24,367 nt of DNA from Octopus sinensis (lineage: Eukaryota). The stretch spans positions 1 through 24,367 of the forward strand of contig NW_021836465.1 of the NCBI RefSeq assembly GCF_006345805.1, read 5' to 3'. Within the stretch, counting starts at the first letter, position 1. Each line of letters begins with the position of its first letter. Shown in pieces: positions 20,424-24,367 of this stretch. The notes below the pieces were generated by a model. The model was not told the DNA's origin. It did not search any database and saw nothing but the letters and a program-made list of their open reading frames with translations. A program made the position numbers and the translations under genes.

Positions 20424-20903
20424 TTTTTTTATTTTATCTAGTTTCAGCTCACGAGCTGTGGCCATGCTGGGGCACCGCCATTCAGTGTTGCTACATGATT
20501 TTACTTCACAAATGCTTTTTAGCTATTGACATTTGGCGCATGAGAGAGTTTGATGCAGCTGCCCTCATTTGCGCCTCCTGCCGTGAAGTTGGTTCATCTC
20601 CGACACCTGACAGGAAGAGGTCCAGTTTTATTTTAAAGACATCTGCATCCACCCCATGCAGGTCTCTCAGGTCCTTCGGGAGGATATTGAAGAACTGTGG
20701 GCCTCTGAAGCCCAGGCTATCACAGTATCTCGTCCTACATCTTGATGGCAAATTTGGAGTCCTTGGCACTATGCAGTGGCGCCCAGTTCTAGCATTTGTG
20801 TAACTCTCGATGCCAAAGTTTGGGACAAGTCCTTCTAGGATCTTCCAGATGTATATTATGGCATATCTTTCTCGCCTACGCGAGATGTGTACATTGTAAG
20901 GAC
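20424..20903 (-). mobile_element. 5'-truncated CR1-like LINE 3' end (ORF2 C-terminus, 3' UTR, A-rich tail)
   Basis: RRRERYAIIYIWKILEGLVPN...SLGFRGPQFFNILPKDLR...VFKIKLDLFL is the CR1/L2-group C-terminal pattern (SLERRR...KIL.G, WNxLP, FKxxLD). Stop at 20506; tail TAGATAAAATAAAAAAA. Confidence 0.88.
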
Positions 20904-21110
20904 ATTGAAACTGGCACAATGTTTGGCACGCCAGGAAATCATGCCTCGCGACCTTTTGTCCGCCTTTACTTCTGCGTTCAAATATCATCGAGATCGACTT
21001 TGCAATCCATCAAATCGCCATCGATAAAATAACTACCAGCTGGGCACTGGATACAATGTAATCGTCTTGAAACCTCTCCTCAAATTTCTGGCCTTGTGCC
21101 AATCTAATAT
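20904..21110 (+). mobile_element. Degenerate SINE, family D
   Basis: ctggcacaat...ggcacgccagg...ttctgcgttcaaat...gatcgactttgc...tcgataaaataactaccag...ggccttgtgcc; from recall, resembles an abundant Octopus SINE with a Meta-like central domain. Confidence 0.55.
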
Positions 21111-21111
21111 A

Positions 21112-21466
21112 TACTCTTTACTCTTGACTCTTTTACTTCTTTCAGTCATTTGAATGCGGTCATGCTGGAGCACCGCCTTCAGTCGAGCAAATCCTGGGAC
21201 ATATTCTTCCTAAGCCTTGTACTTATTCTATCGGTCTCTTTTTGCCGAACCGCTAAGTAAGGGGGACGTAAACACACCAGCATCGGTTGTCAAGCGATGC
21301 TAGGGGGACAAACACAGACACACAAACACACACACATATATATATATATATTATATATATTATCCATATATACGACAGGCTTCTTTCAGTTTCCGTCTAC
21401 CAAATCCACTCACAAGGCATTGGTCGGTCCGGGGCTATAGCAGAAGACACTTACCCAAGATGCCAC
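21112..21466 (-). mobile_element. Family A SINE lacking the A/B-box head
   Basis: Collinear with 6692-7052; breaks at gatgccac into a TA run. Confidence 0.88.
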
Positions 21467-21470
21467 ATAT

Positions 21471-21502
<32 letters not shown>

Positions 21503-22019
21503 ATATATATATATATGTGTGTGTGTGGGTGTATGTAGGTGTGTGTACCTGTATGTGTGCTTGTATACATATACAAAACTCCACAGCACAAAAATATAGA
21601 CAAATACCCACTCACATATATATATATGAATATTCACAGAAGTACACATATATTCACATGTGTGTGTGTTGCGTGTTTACGTGTGTGTGTTTGTGTGTTT
21701 ACGTGTGTGTGTTTGTGTGTTTGTGTGTTCACGTGTATAGTAGCATGTGTTTGCAAATAACAATATGGTGAAGATGTTGATTCAGGATTTGGAAGAAATC
21801 TATAAAAATAGCGTGTTGTATTTATTTCCATGTTTTCCCGATTCTGTCATTCAACTGCCCTTGGTATCATCGCATCATCGCAATATTATTAAGGACAAAG
21901 ACGAATTTATTAGAAAACGAAAATATCGGAGGATATGGTGTAGTTTCATTTTTTTTTTTTTTGAAGCAATAATTCTCCTGTGGAATGTGAAATCTAAAAC
22001 ACATGCGCACATTTGAGAT

Positions 22020-22495
22020 GCGCATATGTGTATGTGTGTGTGTATATATATATACACATACATATATATATATGTATATATATATGTATGTATATATATA
22101 TATATATAGATATATATACATATGTATGTATCTATATATACGTATGTAATCATACATATTTATATATGTAAGTATATACTTATATATATATATATATATA
22201 TATATGTACGTATATATATATATATATATATATTTGTCTGAATATATATATGTATACACATCTATTTCTGTCTATATATTTATATAAAAGCACATGTTTT
22301 GTATATATTTATATCTCGTTCTCTCTCTACATACATACATACACATATATATATACATATATATATACATATATATATATATATATTATATATGCATATA
22401 CATATATATCCATATATTTACATGTCTCTCTCTCCCTACATATATGTATGTATGTATATATGTATATATGTATACCTATATATATATATAAAGCT
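22020..22495. repeat. TA-rich compound microsatellite field
   Basis: Direct reading. Confidence 0.9.
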
Positions 22496-22764
22496 ACCCA
22501 GATGGATCTCTAGGATGATAAGTAAAGACAGGGAAAAAGAAACACAAACGTGGGCTCCTGAGTATAAGTGTGTGCATATCTGTCTGTATATATGCATGTG
22601 TGCGCATGTGCGCGATTATGTGTGAGAGTCTGTATGGTTACCCATGTAAATATCTATATCTGCCATCTGCGTGTAAAAAATGCATTAAAAATACTACAAC
22701 GCGTATAGAATACGCAAATAAAATATAAAATTTTATTAATTTACCAGGCATTTCTGTGTGTATA

Positions 22765-22844
22765 ATCTCTCTCTCTCTCTCTCTCTCACTATATATAAGA
22801 TAAATATATATATATATATGTATGTTAATATATATATGTATGTG

Positions 22845-22875
<31 letters not shown>

Positions 22876-23420
22876 ATATATATTATATATATATATATAT
22901 ATATAATGTATGTATACATATACATGTACTTTCATGACATCTATTTCTGTCAGTCTATTTCTCTGAAGATACATAAAACATGCCTATATATATATATATA
23001 TATATATATATTGTGTGTGGCGTGTTATATCTATATATAAATATATATATATAGTATATATATATAATAACTTTCTAAATATACTTAGTTACAAGTTTAT
23101 ATATGGCATATTTGCATATATGCATGTATATGCATACATACATATGCATTACATATTTTTATGCCTGTATATATATATGTATATATATGTATATATATTA
23201 TAATATATATATATGTAATCTATATATATATATTATATACATATATATATATAAATATATATATATATAAATATATATATATAATATATACATATATATA
23301 TATATATTATATATATATTATATATATATATTTATATGTATATACATACATACATATATTATAATCTAGAGATAGATATGCATATCCATATACGTATATA
23401 TACATACATGTATGGATATA
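22765..23420. repeat. (CT)n/(TA)n compound microsatellite field
   Basis: Direct reading. Confidence 0.9.
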
Positions 23421-23849
23421 TTAATATAGAGCAATATAAAATAATTATGACGTGACATCCTGTCATTTTACGGAAAAAGGAAATACTTTCGCATATACGC
23501 ATGCCAAAAAAAATATCAGACACAGCTACGCATTCACATCATACATATACATATACATAACGACACACACAAATAGGTAACCATATAGATATATGTACAA
23601 ATATAAACGTTGTTTACGCATGTGCATGTGTATGTATGTATGAGGCTTTATAGATGCACCTCTTCAGAGACACATATGAGTGTTATAATTATTTGTCTTA
23701 TGTTCTGTTAAATAGCGTGTACAGATGACATATCTTGGCAGAAAACATTGCGATATAGGAATGTAGCTACGAAAAGAAAACGAATAAAAATCGTACTGAA
23801 ATATTTAGAAAAAATATATTTTTTGTGTATCTATTTACGTTTGAACATA

Positions 23850-23930
23850 CGTATGAATATATATATATACATACATACATATATACATACATACATATAT
23901 ACATACATACATATACATACATATATATAC

Positions 23931-23961
<31 letters not shown>

Positions 23962-24117
23962 TACATATCTATATACATATACATATGTAACACTATAATA
24001 TGCATATATATATACATACATATACATATGAATATATATATACATATCTATATATATATAATATATATATATAATATATATGTATATATGTATATATGTT
24101 GATATATATATGTCATA

Positions 24118-24151
<34 letters not shown>

Positions 24152-24360
24152 TGATATATGCACACATACCTTCACATATAGATATACATGCAGAGATGCA
24201 ACTATATATACATATATATAGTCATACACATTATATTTATATATATATACATATTATATATACATATATATATATACATATATGTGTGTGTGTCTATATA
24301 TATATGTACATGTCTCTCTATATATATGTATATGTATATATAATATAAACATGTATATAG
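23850..24360. repeat. TA/TACA compound microsatellite field
   Basis: Direct reading. Confidence 0.9.
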
Positions 24361-24367
24361 AGAGACA

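Noticed and set aside
21740-24367. Unique islands and ORFs in the last 2.6 kb
   Set aside because: ORFs are TA-repeat artefacts; the islands show no recognisable domain, RNA structure or convincing splice pair.

Overview
Eukaryotic, very AT-rich, microsatellite-saturated non-coding DNA. The SINE families resemble coleoid cephalopod (Octopus-type) repeats; this is from recall and not database-checked. No intact, recognisable host protein gene is present, and almost all ORFs in the supplied track are microsatellite or low-complexity artefacts. Supported content: (i) four families of tRNA-derived SINEs (about 12 copies or fragments); (ii) decayed CR1-like and RTE-like LINE 3' ends; (iii) Penelope-like element (PLE) remains: an RT-thumb plus GIY-YIG fragment with its pLTR, a solo pLTR, and a probable N-terminal DKG-box fragment; (iv) a 201-bp hAT MITE with an 8-bp TSD nested inside a SINE; (v) a ~400-bp local duplication; (vi) a 3.5-kb ACN-phased low-complexity block. 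Best leads: two PLE hammerhead-ribozyme motifs sharing the same non-canonical core (CUGUUGA); a SINE/CR1 pair sharing a 39-nt 3' tail whose hairpin shows compensatory base changes; a 692-codon stop-free Thr-rich (mucin-like) frame at 12570-14648 that the ORF track misses; and a triple POU-octamer cluster at 16154-16192.
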